Below are positions 37,431 through 47,663 of a stretch of DNA of 64,000 nt, piece by piece (within the stretch, counting starts at the first letter, position 1; every line of letters begins with the position of its first letter). A model generated the notes under the pieces. The model made no database searches and was not told the origin of the DNA. It saw nothing but the letters and a program-made list of their open reading frames with translations. The DNA is taken from positions 63,100 through 127,099 of the forward strand of contig CAVOOP010000009.1 of the NCBI GenBank assembly GCA_963697575.1, in the 5' to 3' direction. The translations under genes and the position numbers were made by a program. This DNA is from an uncultured Acidobacteriota bacterium (GTDB lineage: Bacteria > Acidobacteriota > Terriglobia > Acidiferrales > UBA7541).

Positions 37431-37784
37431 ATGGCACTTGCATTCACGCTTGTGGACACGTGGGATGACGGCCAGCGCATCCACGTGGCCGGCACCGTAG
37501 CCGCGTCCGGAAACTATACGACCAGCGGCGATACGCTCGATCTGTCGCAATGGCCGGTGATCGCCGCCACGCAGGCGCCCGTTCAGGGCACCGCCTGGAT
37601 GGACGGCTTGTCCGGCTACGACTACGTTTTCTATCCCGGCAGCGCGATGAACAACGGAAAGGTGAAAATCTTCCAGCAAGGATCGAGCGCCGGCGCGTTC
37701 CCCGAACTGGCCGCAGGGGCCTATCCCGGCGCGATCGCGTCCGACACGATCACCTTTTACGGAATTTTCAAGAAGCTCCTTTAA
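37431..37784 (+). CDS. Hypothetical small phage-region protein (117 aa)
   Basis: AGGAGGA upstream of ATG 37431. Intact ORF. No family recognised. Confidence 0.5.
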   Translation: MALAFTLVDTWDDGQRIHVAGTVAASGNYTTSGDTLDLSQWPVIAATQAPVQGTAWMDGLSGYDYVFYPGSAMNNGKVKIFQQGSSAGAFPELAAGAYPGAIASDTITFYGIFKKLL

Positions 37785-37849
37785 TGGAGCCAGCCAGCGT
37801 ACGCCGGATCTTCACTTCGCCCGTGTAGCGCCGGCGCCTCGCCGGCTCT

Positions 37850-37912
37850 GTTGCCTTTCGCGGTCATCCCGAGCGAGCGAAGCGACGAGGGATCTCTCTT
37901 CCTGTCGCTTCC
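37850..37912 (-). repeat. REP-C element (inverted orientation)
   Basis: GGTCATCCCGAGCGAGCGAAGCGACGAGGGATCTCTCTTCC. Confidence 0.85.
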
Positions 37913-37932
37913 GCTGCGCGTGAGCCAGGTAT

Positions 37933-40321
37933 ATGTCGATCGAATCCTTTTCGCCATTGCCGTTGAACGTGTTCAGCACATGGGTCACGCTGCTCGACCC
38001 CTCCGACGTGCCGCCCGGCATGTCGCCAAATCTCGCCGACGTGGATTTCTTTCCCGGCGGCGTGCGCACGCGCCCCGGCCTCGTCTCGCAGTACCCGGTG
38101 ATCGGCGGGCGCGCCGCAAATCAATGGTCTGAAAACCTATATCACCACAAATCGCGTCCTGCGCCTGCTCGCGCTCGATTCCAACGGCAACCTCTACAAG
38201 GAAACCTCGCCCGGCACGCTCTCGCTGATCACCCCGGGCGGAGTAACGCCGGGGCTCTTCCTCGCTTCGACCACCCTCTTCGGCCGCGAATACATGGGCT
38301 TCGGCGACGGCGTCACCGGCCAGGACCTGCCGCGCCAGTTCGACGACACCTATTTCGATCGCGTGAGCCAGATCGGCCCCGCCGAAGGGCCGGCCGTCGC
38401 GGACTCCACGACTACCGGAAACATTTCGCCTGGCGTGCACCAGTGCTCGGTGGTATTCGTCACGCGCCAGGGCTACTGGACGGCCCCGTCGCCGCCGGTT
38501 TCGTGGACCGCCGCGGGCAATCACCAGGCGGTGGTGACAAATATTCCCACAGGCCCATCGAATGTCGTGCAGCGCCTGCTGATTTTCACCGCGTCGGGCG
38601 GCGCCGATTTCTACAATGTTCCGGCCACGATGGTGATCAACGACAACACCACCACGTCGCTCACCGTCGATTTCACCGATACGATTCTGCTCTCCGGAAC
38701 CAGCGCGGATTACCTTTTCAGCCAGATCGAACTGCCCGAGCAGCTTGGCGTGGCCGCCTACGTCGAGCGGCTTTTCTGGTGGGGCGAGCGCGCCAATATG
38801 GACAACTGGCGCAATCTCACCTTCGATGGCGGCTGGGACGCGTCCGGCGACGGGCGACCGCTCGGCTGGCAGCAGGACCCGTCATTTGGCGCGGGCGGCA
38901 GCAGGGAACCGAGCGACGTGGTGTGGGGCGACGCCTACCGCATCACGGCGGACGGCGTCACCGCCGCGCGCGGCATGATCGAGCAAAACGCCATCACCGA
39001 CGTGAACGGCGATCCGCTCTTCGCGAACAACACGGACTACTCCGTGCGCGCGCGGGTGAAGCGCAGCGCCGGGCTGTCCGCGGGCACTCTGCGAATCAAT
39101 GCGTACAGTCCCACGGCAGGGCAATCGGCGCGGGCCTCGCGGTAAGCTTCACGCAGGCCACCACCACGTACCAGGAATTCATCGCCGACCTGCTCGCGCC
39201 GCAGACCTCGCTGCCATCGGACCTGACGCTGCGCGTGTACGCCGACGGCGTGCCGGCGCCCAGCGGCGAATCGTTTCTCGTCGACAACATCGAAATATTC
39301 CTTACCAATGCGGCGCAGAATGCGTCGCTCGTGCGCGCGTCCGGCACCGAAACCCCGGAGGCTTACGACGGCGTCACCGGCATCATGAGCATCGCCGAAA
39401 ACAACGGGCAGGGAATTCGCTCCGCGTTCGTGCTGCGCAATAATCTCTACTTCGTGAAAGAGCGCAGCCTCTACGTCACCGCGACCGACGGCGTGAACGA
39501 GCCCGCGCTGTGGGCGGTCGAGGAAGCCTCCAACCAGGTGGGCACGCCATCCGCGCACGGCGTGGGAGTCGGCGAGGAATGGGTGGTGATCGCGGGCCGC
39601 TCGGGGCTTTATTTATTTGACGGCAGCAATCCCGTAAAGCTTTCGCAGGAAATCCAGCCCACCTGGGACGCGATCAACTGGGAAGCGGGGCAGAAACTCT
39701 GGGTGCAGGTCGATACGCAGCACAAGCGCATCCTGGTGGGCGTCCCGATGGGCGCCGCGACGCAGCCGAACCAGATCCTCATGCTCGATTACACCGAGGG
39801 GTTTGGCGACCCGCTCCTCGCCATGCTCACCGCGCCGGAGCGCTCGCGCAAATGGGCGCAGTGGATGATTCCCGCCAATTCCTGCGGCCTGATCGAACGC
39901 TCCACCGGCATCGCGCAGATTTTCTTCGGCACCAATAATTCGAGCGGGAAAATCTACGCGCTCACTGCCCGGGCAAACCTCCGACGACGGCGCGGCGATC
40001 AATTCCTACTACACCACGGCGTTTCTCGCGGCAACGGGACTCAGCGGCAGAAATCTGTTCGGCTATCTCACCGGATACGTGCAGGGCGCAGGCTCGCTCG
40101 CGTTGACGGCGCTCACTCCCGGCAACGCCACGGCGCTTTCGCTAGGCGCGTGGACGCTTGGTTCGCCCGCCTCGCGCGACATGGAGCAGTTCACCAACGT
40201 GCTGGCCGAGCGCGTTTCATATCAGTTCGGCACCAACGCCGCAGGCTCGTGGTTCTCGCTGACCAAGCTCGTCCCGTGGGCCAAGCCAGACCCATTCGCC
40301 ATCGTCCGCGGAACCAATTGA
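37933..40321 (+). CDS. Large virion structural protein (about 795 aa; nozzle or tail-tubular-B-like by size and position); 3 frameshifts
   Basis: The N-terminus is in the 37933 frame. 38108-39135 is in the frame of ORF 38294..39145 (…GAPQINGLKTYITTNRVLRLLALDSNGNLY…). The reading then returns to the first frame (GLAVSFTQATTTYQEF ... SSGKIYALT). From about 39970 it is in the frame of ORF 40079..40321 (…AFLAATGLSGRNLFGYLTGYVQGAG…PFAIVRGTN). Confidence 0.55.
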
Positions 40322-40394
40322 CGAGCGGGCGAGAATCGTCATCCTGAGGCGCGCGCAGTTGGCGCGCCCGAGGATCCCTTAAAATTGCTTGTGG

Positions 40395-40468
40395 TTGAGT
40401 TTGTTTTTCGCTTTCGGTTTTCGTTGTCATCCCGAGCGAGCGAAGCGACGAGGGATCTCTCTTCAAGA
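40395..40468 (-). repeat. REP-C element (inverted orientation)
   Basis: TTTCGTTGTCATCCCGAGCGAGCGAAGCGACGAGGGATCTCTCTTC. Confidence 0.85.
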
Positions 40469-40587
40469 TTTATCAGCCTCTTCGCAGTCCGCGCGCACGG
40501 TGTGGGTGAGTGCTGCGGCAAGCTCGTTTTCTTCGGCGATTTCTTCCGTTTTGCATACGAGGCTGCCGTCTCCCGTTCAAGGCGTAC

Positions 40588-40731
40588 CTAGCCATGCACG
40601 CGACGCACTTGGCTGATTGCGTGATCAAGCGCTTCGCCCATGCTTCCGGCATGGAGGCTCTTCATCCGCTCAACCAAGAACGCGTGGTTCTGCACCGAGA
40701 TCATCGCTGAAATGCGTTTCCACCTGGCCAT
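40588..40731 (-). CDS. Ribbon-helix-helix (CopG/Arc-like) small DNA-binding protein
   Basis: In-frame ATG within ORF 40588..40794. MARWKRISAMISVQNHAFLVERMKSLHAGSMGEALDHAISQV fits a strand-helix-helix pattern. A possible acidic continuation (…CKTEEIAEENELAAALTHTVRADCEEADKS, down to 40463) appears in another frame. Confidence 0.5.
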   Translation of the reverse strand: MARWKRISAMISVQNHAFLVERMKSLHAGSMGEALDHAISQVRRVHG

Positions 40732-40841
40732 GTGAGACTCCTCTTGAAGGGGAACCGCAACGTGTCCTTGGTTATCGCGCTCGGGGAACGTCAAGTGTCC
40801 ACAAATAGCTGACTGTCTGAATCCTCGTAAAGGAAAACACG

Positions 40842-41982
40842 ATGCTCACCGTTCCCCAAATTGAAGCGCTGCGGCAGACCAACCCGCAGCTTTACGAATC
40901 GCTCAAGCGGCTGGCGGGCGCGTCGCTCGGCCCGAACCAGGGCTGGAGCCTCGACAACCAGATCACCGACGGCACGAATTATGCGCGCGTCGTGACCGGC
41001 GCGCTCACGGCAGGGAACGTCGACCCCTCGAAGGCGGGCGTGCTGATGAAGGGCAGCGTGCCGCCGACGTGGTCCGGCGCGTTCACCTACGTCTCCACCA
41101 CCATCAAGCATCACCTGGAGCTGGACCGGCCTCACCATCTATCGCGCCGACGGCAGCACCACGCCCGTCCCAAACGGCTCGCTCGCCGATCACCGGGCTC
41201 ACTCCCGGCACCACTTATTATTTTTATCCTTACTGGAATGACGCCGCGTCCGCGATCGGCTGGGTGGCCGGAGGCACCGGCTCGCCCGCCAGCGCGCAGA
41301 CGGCCAAGACCAATCTCGCCGCGCAGCAGCAGGCGCTTACAGGGGCTCATCCCGCTCTCGCAGGGCGCGGTCGCTGGCCGCGACCACCACCTCGGGAACG
41401 GGCGGCGGCTCAGGAGGCGGCAGCGGCAGCTGCCTGCGCGCGGGAACGGTCGTGCTCACGAAAGAGCGCGGCACCGTCGGCATCGAAACATGCCGCGTGG
41501 GCGAGCATCTGCGCTGCCCGTCGCCCGCCGCCGGCGAAACCTGGACGCGCATCCTGCGCCTCGAAGTGCGCGACGCCGACACCTTCATCCGCCTGCGCTT
41601 TTCCAACGCCGAGTCGCTCGACGTGACGCCGCACCACATCTTTACCCTCGCCGACGGGTCGCCCATGCGCGCCGAGCGCCTCTGCCTGAGCGACATTCTC
41701 GTCGGCCGCTTCGGCCGCGTCACGCTGAAGCGCATCGAAGCCCTCGTCGAGGAGTCGCAGAAGGTCACCGTGAGCTGCGAGCCGTGCCACCAGTTCTACG
41801 CCGGCCGCCACGCCGCCAGCGTCCTGACGCACAACTACACGTTTACTTCGTATAATAGGATGGCTTCTCGCCGAGCGCTTATCTTCGTTAATCCGCCGCG
41901 ATTCATCTCAGGCGAGGAACAAACCCACTTCGTCTTTTCGCATGTAACAATTCAAAAGAAACGTCACAAATCGCCAGGCTGA
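40842..41982 (+). CDS. Virion-region protein: N-terminal domain + FN3-like domain + Gly/Ser linker + Hint (intein-like/BIL) domain + 48-aa tail; 2-3 frameshifts
   Basis: ATG 40842. ITWSWTGLTIYRADGSTTPVPNGSLAITGLTPGTTYYFYPYW (frame of ORF 41069). GGGSGGGSGS then CLRAGTVVL (block A), DVTPHH (TxxH) and SVLTHN (block G) in the frame of ORF 41452..41982. Confidence 0.65.
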
Positions 41983-42576
41983 GACGCCTGGCGCTACAGG
42001 CCCTTGCTGGCATTCAATTGCGGATATTCTTATGACTGGAAAACGCTACTACATCACGACGCTGGGCGCTTGGCGCGCGCATGCGTTGCGCTTCGCCAAC
42101 TCCGCATATCATCCTGCTCGACGCGCCACAGGCAGCATCCGCCGCGGCATCAAACGGACGCGCCGCGAGTTGCCGAGTCGACCGCGCGGCGGGCAGGGAC
42201 ATGCCGACCACGCACTCGCCACCCAGCCCGACACGCGCACCCCGACGATGCGACGCTGATCCTGGTCCTCGTCGAGGCGGACGAAGGCGCGCACCTTGCC
42301 CTCGAGGACGAGCCCGCATTCGAGGCGCTGCCGCATCCGCTGGCGCAGAAGGTGATTTCGCCAGCGCGCGCAGTCTGCGCTGGCCGCGCATGGCGTAGCG
42401 CCGGGCGCGACCACGTTCGATGCCGCCGAAGCCGTTGCGCGCGATTCATCCGCTGCTGCGCCACAGAGTTTTCTGAGCACGCCCCGCTGCAATTCGCGAG
42501 CGGGTCCGAGAAAGACCGCCCCCTACAATTCAAGGTGCTTGCCGTTTGCGCGGATTGGTCGGCGACGGTTTGCGGC

Positions 42577-43851
42577 TTAGCCCCACCACGGTTCGCCTTC
42601 GGCGCGATTGGCTTTCAGATAATCGTCGTTCAGCAGGATGCCCAGGCCCGGCATTGAGTGGACCTGCATTTTCCCGTCCTTGACCACGGGGATGTTCCCG
42701 GCGGCGTCGGGCGCTTCATCGAACCACGGGCGGCACTCTATACGCGGGCAGTTGAAGACGCTGGCCGCGAATTGCTGCGAAGCGAGGTTGAGCGCGTAGC
42801 CCGCGACGTTGTGGAGCGCAATGGGCAGGCGATACGAAGCGGCAACGTCGGCGATGATTTTGGTTCCAGTTATCCCGCCTCCGTGCACTAGGTCGATCTG
42901 CAGGCAGTCGACGGACTGGTTCTGGATGAACGGCATGGTCCCCTCGATCAGCGACAGGCTTTCTCCTGTGATGATGGGCACATTGGTGCCGCGTCGAAGC
43001 GCCAGCCAGGAATCCGAAAACTCGGGGAACAGCGGATCTTCGAAGAACAGGGGCTTGATGCCTTCGACCGCCCGGCCCACCTTGATCGCGCTGGGCAGAT
43101 CGAGCTCATTGTGGCAGTGAACATCGATGTCGTAGTCGGGCCCGAGGGCCTCGCGAGCCAGCTCATACACTTTCTGTACCTTGGCGACTTCCCGCGGGCC
43201 GAGGTCCGGCGTGAATTCGCCGTTCCGGCAGCCGAGCGACGGGTGAATATCGATCTTGAAGGCCTTGAAGCCGCCTTTGTACGATTTCAGCATCTGCGCC
43301 CGGGTCTGCCAGTTGTTCTTATCGAGGTAATCGTTCTGCGCCTCAATCACCGTGAGCTTGTTGTTGGGCGGCAGCAGGTGCGTGTAGGTGTCGATCTCGT
43401 CGCGGAAGTTGCCTCCGAGCAACTGAGAAACAGGCCGGTGAAGAATCTTCCCGGCCAGGTCCCAGAGGGCCATGTCGATGCCGCTGTAGGCGTAGACGTT
43501 CCGCGGCCGCTGCGCGCGCGAGTAAAACATATTGTGGAAGTGAACGCGGATGGCCAGCGGGTCCTTGCCGATCAAGCCATCGCCGCCGCCCGGACCGGTC
43601 TCGAGCGCCGCAATGGCCGCGCGCGTCTCCGGTCCTCCGTAGCTGGGGCCGTAGCCGACCAACCCCGAGTCGGTCTCGATCTTGATCAGTCCTTGAGAAG
43701 TCCCTCGTTTGCCATTCAGCCGCAGCGTTTTTATGGCGGTGATTTTTACCTGGCCCTGCTCCGCGGCCGCAAGGGCCTCATAGCTTGCAAGCGAAACGCC
43801 GGCGGGAATCGCCAGCGCGGTTTTCAGGAAGTTGCGTCTGGAGAGAACCAT
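42577..43851 (-). CDS. Enolase-superfamily enzyme (mandelate racemase/muconate lactonizing family, sugar-acid dehydratase-like) with Tat-type signal
   Basis: Intact 424-aa ORF. MVLSRRNFLKTALAIPAGVSLAS (twin-Arg). AFKIDIH, DVHCHNE and FFEDP match the metal-ligand pattern of this family. Confidence 0.8.
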   Translation of the reverse strand: MVLSRRNFLKTALAIPAGVSLASYEALAAAEQGQVKITAIKTLRLNGKRGTSQGLIKIETDSGLVGYGPSYGGPETRAAIAALETGPGGGDGLIGKDPLAIRVHFHNMFYSRAQRPRNVYAYSGIDMALWDLAGKILHRPVSQLLGGNFRDEIDTYTHLLPPNNKLTVIEAQNDYLDKNNWQTRAQMLKSYKGGFKAFKIDIHPSLGCRNGEFTPDLGPREVAKVQKVYELAREALGPDYDIDVHCHNELDLPSAIKVGRAVEGIKPLFFEDPLFPEFSDSWLALRRGTNVPIITGESLSLIEGTMPFIQNQSVDCLQIDLVHGGGITGTKIIADVAASYRLPIALHNVAGYALNLASQQFAASVFNCPRIECRPWFDEAPDAAGNIPVVKDGKMQVHSMPGLGILLNDDYLKANRAEGEPWWG

Positions 43852-43886
43852 GAGCGATCACTCCTTCCCTGGCACGGCGGCGAGAA

Positions 43887-44949
43887 TCAGTGCGCCGTGT
43901 AGGTTTTCTGGAAATTATTGCGGGCGTTGGTTACGGTGAACTGGCCGCTCCTGGAAGCGGAAACAGAGAGGTCCAGCCCCTGGTCCGACGGGCCTTCGTC
44001 GAGATTCGCGATCATCTGCTCTGAGGTGTTGTGGGCCGCGTCGCTCTGGACGGAGCGATGTATCTGCCAGACGCCCTCGATGCCGGGAATCTTCTCGATG
44101 ATCTCGTAGGAGGCGGCCTCGAAGCCCTTGCGCGGGCCATCGTTGACGATCACCACCTTCGGCCGCAAGGCCCACACGAACGCGGGCGAGCCGGACTGGC
44201 CTCCCGAAAAGCCGTGGTGCGAGGCCTGGAAGAGCGTCACCGTGCCGATTTTATTCACCGGGCAGGCCAGCATCATTTCGCGGTCCCAGGTCAGGTCGCC
44301 CAGATCGAGGAACTTGAACTTTCCGTAGGTGAGCAGGAAGCCCACGCTGCGCGAGTTCTCGGTCTTGTCCTCGGGCTTCTGCTGCGCGTCCTTGCAGTAT
44401 TGGTTCTGGGCGCCCCGTTGCTGATGGGGCTGCCGATCACTTCGCCATTGGCGCTCACCACCGTGATATCCACGCCCGCGAGGGGAATCTTGTCGCCGGG
44501 CTTGGCGATGGTGCGCTTGCCGTCCGACGGCGGCGATGTAGCCGTTGAAGAATTCGGGGCCGTGCTGTTGTGGCCATTTCGATGGACTCGCCGTGATCGT
44601 AAAATTTGTCAATCGGGATGAGCTTCGCGAGCGCCGGAACGCCGCCGACATGGTCGGCATGGTAATGCGTGACGATCAGGGCATTGAGTTTCGTGAGTCC
44701 CGCGGCCTTTACGGCTTTGACGATGCGGTCGGTATCGCGATCGCCGGGGAAGCCGGTATCCACGAGTAGCGACTCGCCCGAAGGGCTGACGATCAGCGTC
44801 GAGGCGCCGCCCTCCACGTCGATCCAGTAAATCCGCAGGTCGCGAGATCGCGCGTGGAGCATCGAGGCGGCAGCCAGCGCCGCCAGAGCCGCCGCCAAAA
44901 CCATTACCAGAAAAATTACCGGAACAGGGAATCGCAAGTTGGGTCGCAT
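43887..44949 (-). CDS. MBL-fold metallo-hydrolase (secreted); about 3 frameshifts
   Basis: IVTHYHADHVGG motif in ORF 44455..44949. Continuation through the ORF 44291..44473 and 43887..44660 frames (…FLLTYGKFKFLDLGDL…FQASHHG). Confidence 0.7.
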
Positions 44950-45043
44950 AGCGCCGCGATCCTATCACAGCGAAATGCCCGCAGCAACTGGAAATTAGGC
45001 AACGCCTCGACCGGCCATCTCGCGCCCCGGCTCGATCTGATTT

Positions 45044-45200
45044 TCCGGGTGCCCGAGCCGCCGGGTTCGAGGGTCGAGTCTTTGTACTCACTTCGCCGGC
45101 CGAAATGATTCTGCTGTTCTGATTTTTAGAAGGTCGGATCTTTTAGCTCCGACATTTCGACTGAACGCTCGCGGGGGCTCTAGCCCCTAAGGAACGGATT
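45044..45200 (-). repeat. REP-A + REP-B composite, inverted orientation
   Basis: CCGGGTGCCCGAGCCGCCGGGTTCGAGGGTCGAGTCTTTG and GGTCGGATCTTTTAGCTCCGACATTTCGAC...GGGCTCTAGCCCC. Confidence 0.8.
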
Positions 45201-45212
45201 GCCCGCCGTCTC

Positions 45213-45640
45213 ATGCTCATTCGCCAATACAAAGAATCCGATCTGGACGCCCTGCGCCACATGCACGCGCAACAGGGCTTCGACTATCCGTTCCCGGATC
45301 TCGCCGATCCCATCTTCGTTTCGAAGCTCGTTGTCGAAGACGAAAGCGGGCGCGCCGTGATGGCGTCGCTCGCGCGGCTCACCTGCGAGATGTACCTGCT
45401 CGCCGATCCCGAAGCAGGCCCATCCGCGCGACCGTTTCGCCCGCCTGCTCGCGATTCACGACTCCGGCGAGCGCGACCTTTTCGCTCGCGGGCTGGACGA
45501 CGCCCACGCGTGGCTTCCGCCGCGGATAGCCAAGCGCTTCGGCCGCCGCCTGCAGGCCCTCGGCTGGATTCGCGACGACACCTGGACGCCCTACTGCCGC
45601 CGCTTCACCGGCCGCGAAGCAAAAGGGGAAGCGAAAGTGA
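45213..45640 (+). CDS. GNAT-like acetyltransferase (tentative); 1 frameshift near 45420; 3' end uncertain
   Basis: MLIRQYKESDLDALRHMHAQQGFDYPFP...VVEDESGRAVMASLARLTCEMYLLADP, then RFARLLAIHDSGERDLFARGLDDAHAWLPPRIAKRFGRRLQALGWIRDD in another frame. Confidence 0.45.
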
Positions 45641-45960
45641 AATCCGCCGCCGCTACCTCTGACGCTGCTTGCAATTGCTGTCGTCTCGCCAGCGCCGCCG
45701 CGCGCGCCCAGCACAGCGTCAGCCTCACGTGGACGGCCAGCACCGACGCCGCAGCCAATCCGTCGCTCGCCTACAATGTCTACCGTTCACCAATCTGTAC
45801 CGGCGCATTCGCCAAATTGAACGCCTCACCGCTTGGCGCGACAAGCTATCTCGACGCAGCCGTTCTGCCAGGCGCGTCCTACTGCTACCAGGTGACCTCG
45901 GTCTTGAGCGGAGCCGAGGGCTCGCCTTCGAACCAAGCTGCCGTCCTGATCCCATCCCGG
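45637..45960 (+). CDS. Secreted FN3-domain protein (tentative); N-terminal frameshifts; 3' end uncertain
   Basis: HSVSLTWTASTDAAANPSLAYNVYRSP...LDAAVLPGASYCYQVTSVLSGAEGSPSNQAAVLIP. A signal-like LPLTLLAIAVVSPAPPRA is readable only in a shifted frame. Confidence 0.4.
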
Positions 45961-46358
45961 CGCGCGAAGAGAAATCCGGCTGCGCGCATCGCGGCAATCT
46001 CGTCGCCTGGCTCCGCTGCGTCGCAGCAGTCCAGCACGCCCAGCCCAAAAGAGGGAAGCCCGCGCCGTAGCATTCGAGTGATCCGCACCCGATCGATTTG
46101 CAGGGCCGGCGTCTTTGACTCTTGCTGCCACGGCGCAAACATTCCGCAGAAAACCCCGATCAGCTCAAACCCGGTAGGGTCGGGCACTCGCAAAGGCAAC
46201 TCCTGCAGCCACGAAAGCGGCATCAGCTTGTAGCCGCGCGGATCAGATGTCGTGGCGAAACCCAGCGCCTACGAACATTCTCAACGCCACCTTGCCAGGT
46301 CGAAGAAATCGCAAGCAAATATCAAATCGCGATTCCATCAACGCAAGGAGGGAACTCC

Positions 46359-46914
46359 ATGTCACGCGCCGCACAAAGCACCACCCGCAACCTCACCGAC
46401 CAGCAACTCGCGCAGCAGAATCAGCTGATCTCGCAATCCAACCAGCAGGGCCAGCAGGACCGCTCGCTGCATCATGCCCACCATCACGAGCCTGCTCAAC
46501 AGCCAGGGCTACACGCCGCAGCAGCAATCCGCCATCACGCAGCAAAGCCTCGGCGCCTCCAACACCGCCTTCGACGCGCTTCGCCAGCGCGCCGCCAATC
46601 GCGCCGCCGCCACCAATAACAGCGCCGGTTACGGCGACCTCACCGCGCAGCTCGGCCGCCAGCAGGCGCAGACCGACGCCAGCCAGGCGCAGCAGAATCA
46701 AATCGCCTTCGCCAATCAGCAGCTCAAGGAACAGCTCGCCGGCTTGAACGCCCTCGGCCAAACCTACGGCGTCGACACCAATCTGCTCGGCAAAGCCATG
46801 GGCGTTCCGTCGGAGCTGCTCAGCGTGCGCCAGCGCGCGTCAACCGGGTCCTCGACGAGCGGCCTGGGCGGTCTGTTCGGCCTCGGCTCCGGCATCGCCT
46901 CGCTCTTCGGATAA
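46359..46914 (+). CDS. Gln-rich coiled-coil phage protein with glycine-zipper C-terminus (internal-virion-protein-like; speculative); 1 frameshift near 46465
   Basis: GGAGGGA upstream of ATG 46359. QQLAQQNQLISQSNQQGQQ…, then the frame of ORF 46474..46914, ending GLGGLFGLGSGIASLFG. Confidence 0.45.
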
Positions 46915-47087
46915 GTGGCACCGGCACTCCTGCCGGTGCGCCGGATCTGCATTGGCCTCCGGCGTCAGCCGAGCTGCTCAGAACGCTGTCAGTGTCCCGG
47001 TAAACGGCTTGCTCGGCGGTGATCGCTCTCACTTCACGAGCGAACGATTCTCGCGAACTCGCGCCGAATGTGTTATTGTGCGTTGCC

Positions 47088-47125
47088 GGGTGACCGATCC
47101 TTCGATTTTAAGGGTCGGGTCTGTG
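47088..47125 (-). repeat. REP-A copy, inverted
   Basis: CCGGGTGACCGATCCTTCGATTTTAAGGGTCGGGTCTG. Confidence 0.7.
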
Positions 47126-47332
47126 GCTTTTTGCTCTGGCATGTGGATTACTAAGCGGAAAATCCCGACATTAGACACCGACGCTAGGATCGGCGATCCG
47201 GAAATTCTGACTTTCTGGCGCCGCTGACACGTCGGGTCGAAAACCGTACTTCGCTGGGCTCAGAATTACAGCGTAAAGCACACACGTCTCTTTCTTTTTC
47301 CGTCCCGCCCCAAAGGCGAGAACTGACCCCTC

Positions 47333-47541
47333 ATGCGCAACTTTCTGAGATCCTTACTTGGTGGACCGTCGGCCTCGCCTCACTCGTACAGCTCGTGTTA
47401 TTTCTGCGCTGGCTCTATCGCCGAATCCGCAATGAAGAGCTCATGCGCGCCTTCGTCAAGGACATGGCCACCAACCACCTCCCGCACATTTACAATCTCC
47501 TCGAAAAAATCTGCGAACAGCAGGGAATTCGAACGCCGTAA
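47333..47541 (+). CDS. Small single-TM protein (holin-like or lysis-associated); frameshift just after the start
   Basis: ATG 47333. From about 47350 the shifted frame reads ILTWWTVGLASLVQLVLFLRWLYRRIRNEELMRAFVKDMATNHLPHIYNLLEKICEQQGIRTP, with the stop at 47541. It lies directly upstream of the endolysin. Confidence 0.5.
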
Positions 47542-47663
47542 GCCCGTCCCGCCCATCCGCTGGGTCGACTTGAACCATCACCGCCGCCACTGAGCGATGT
47601 CTTTGTAGCGCCGGCGTCTCGCTGGCTCGGTCGCTTCTGCCTCCGGCTCTCGCTTTAAACGAC

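Noticed and set aside
37933-40347. Reading the 804-aa track ORF as one continuous protein
   Set aside because: Its middle third (about 38110-39135) is Arg-rich off-frame sequence. The real coding signal there is in the frame of ORF 38294..39145, and the true C-terminus is in the frame of ORF 40079..40321.
41431-41841. A canonical splicing intein
   Set aside because: The +1 residue after HN is Tyr. There is no recognisable host protein interrupted (a Gly/Ser linker before, only 48 aa after) and no homing endonuclease domain. It fits a cleaving Hint/BIL-type domain better.
45885-46223. 112-aa minus-strand ORF between the FN3 ORF and the Gln-rich gene
   Set aside because: Its N-terminal part is the reverse translation of a REP-A copy (LRVPDPTGFELIG, 46150-46197) and its 3' end overlaps the FN3 ORF. 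The middle part (…RITRMLRRGLPSFGLGVLDCCDAAEPGDEIAAMRAAGFLF…) could be a gene remnant, but I cannot support a call.
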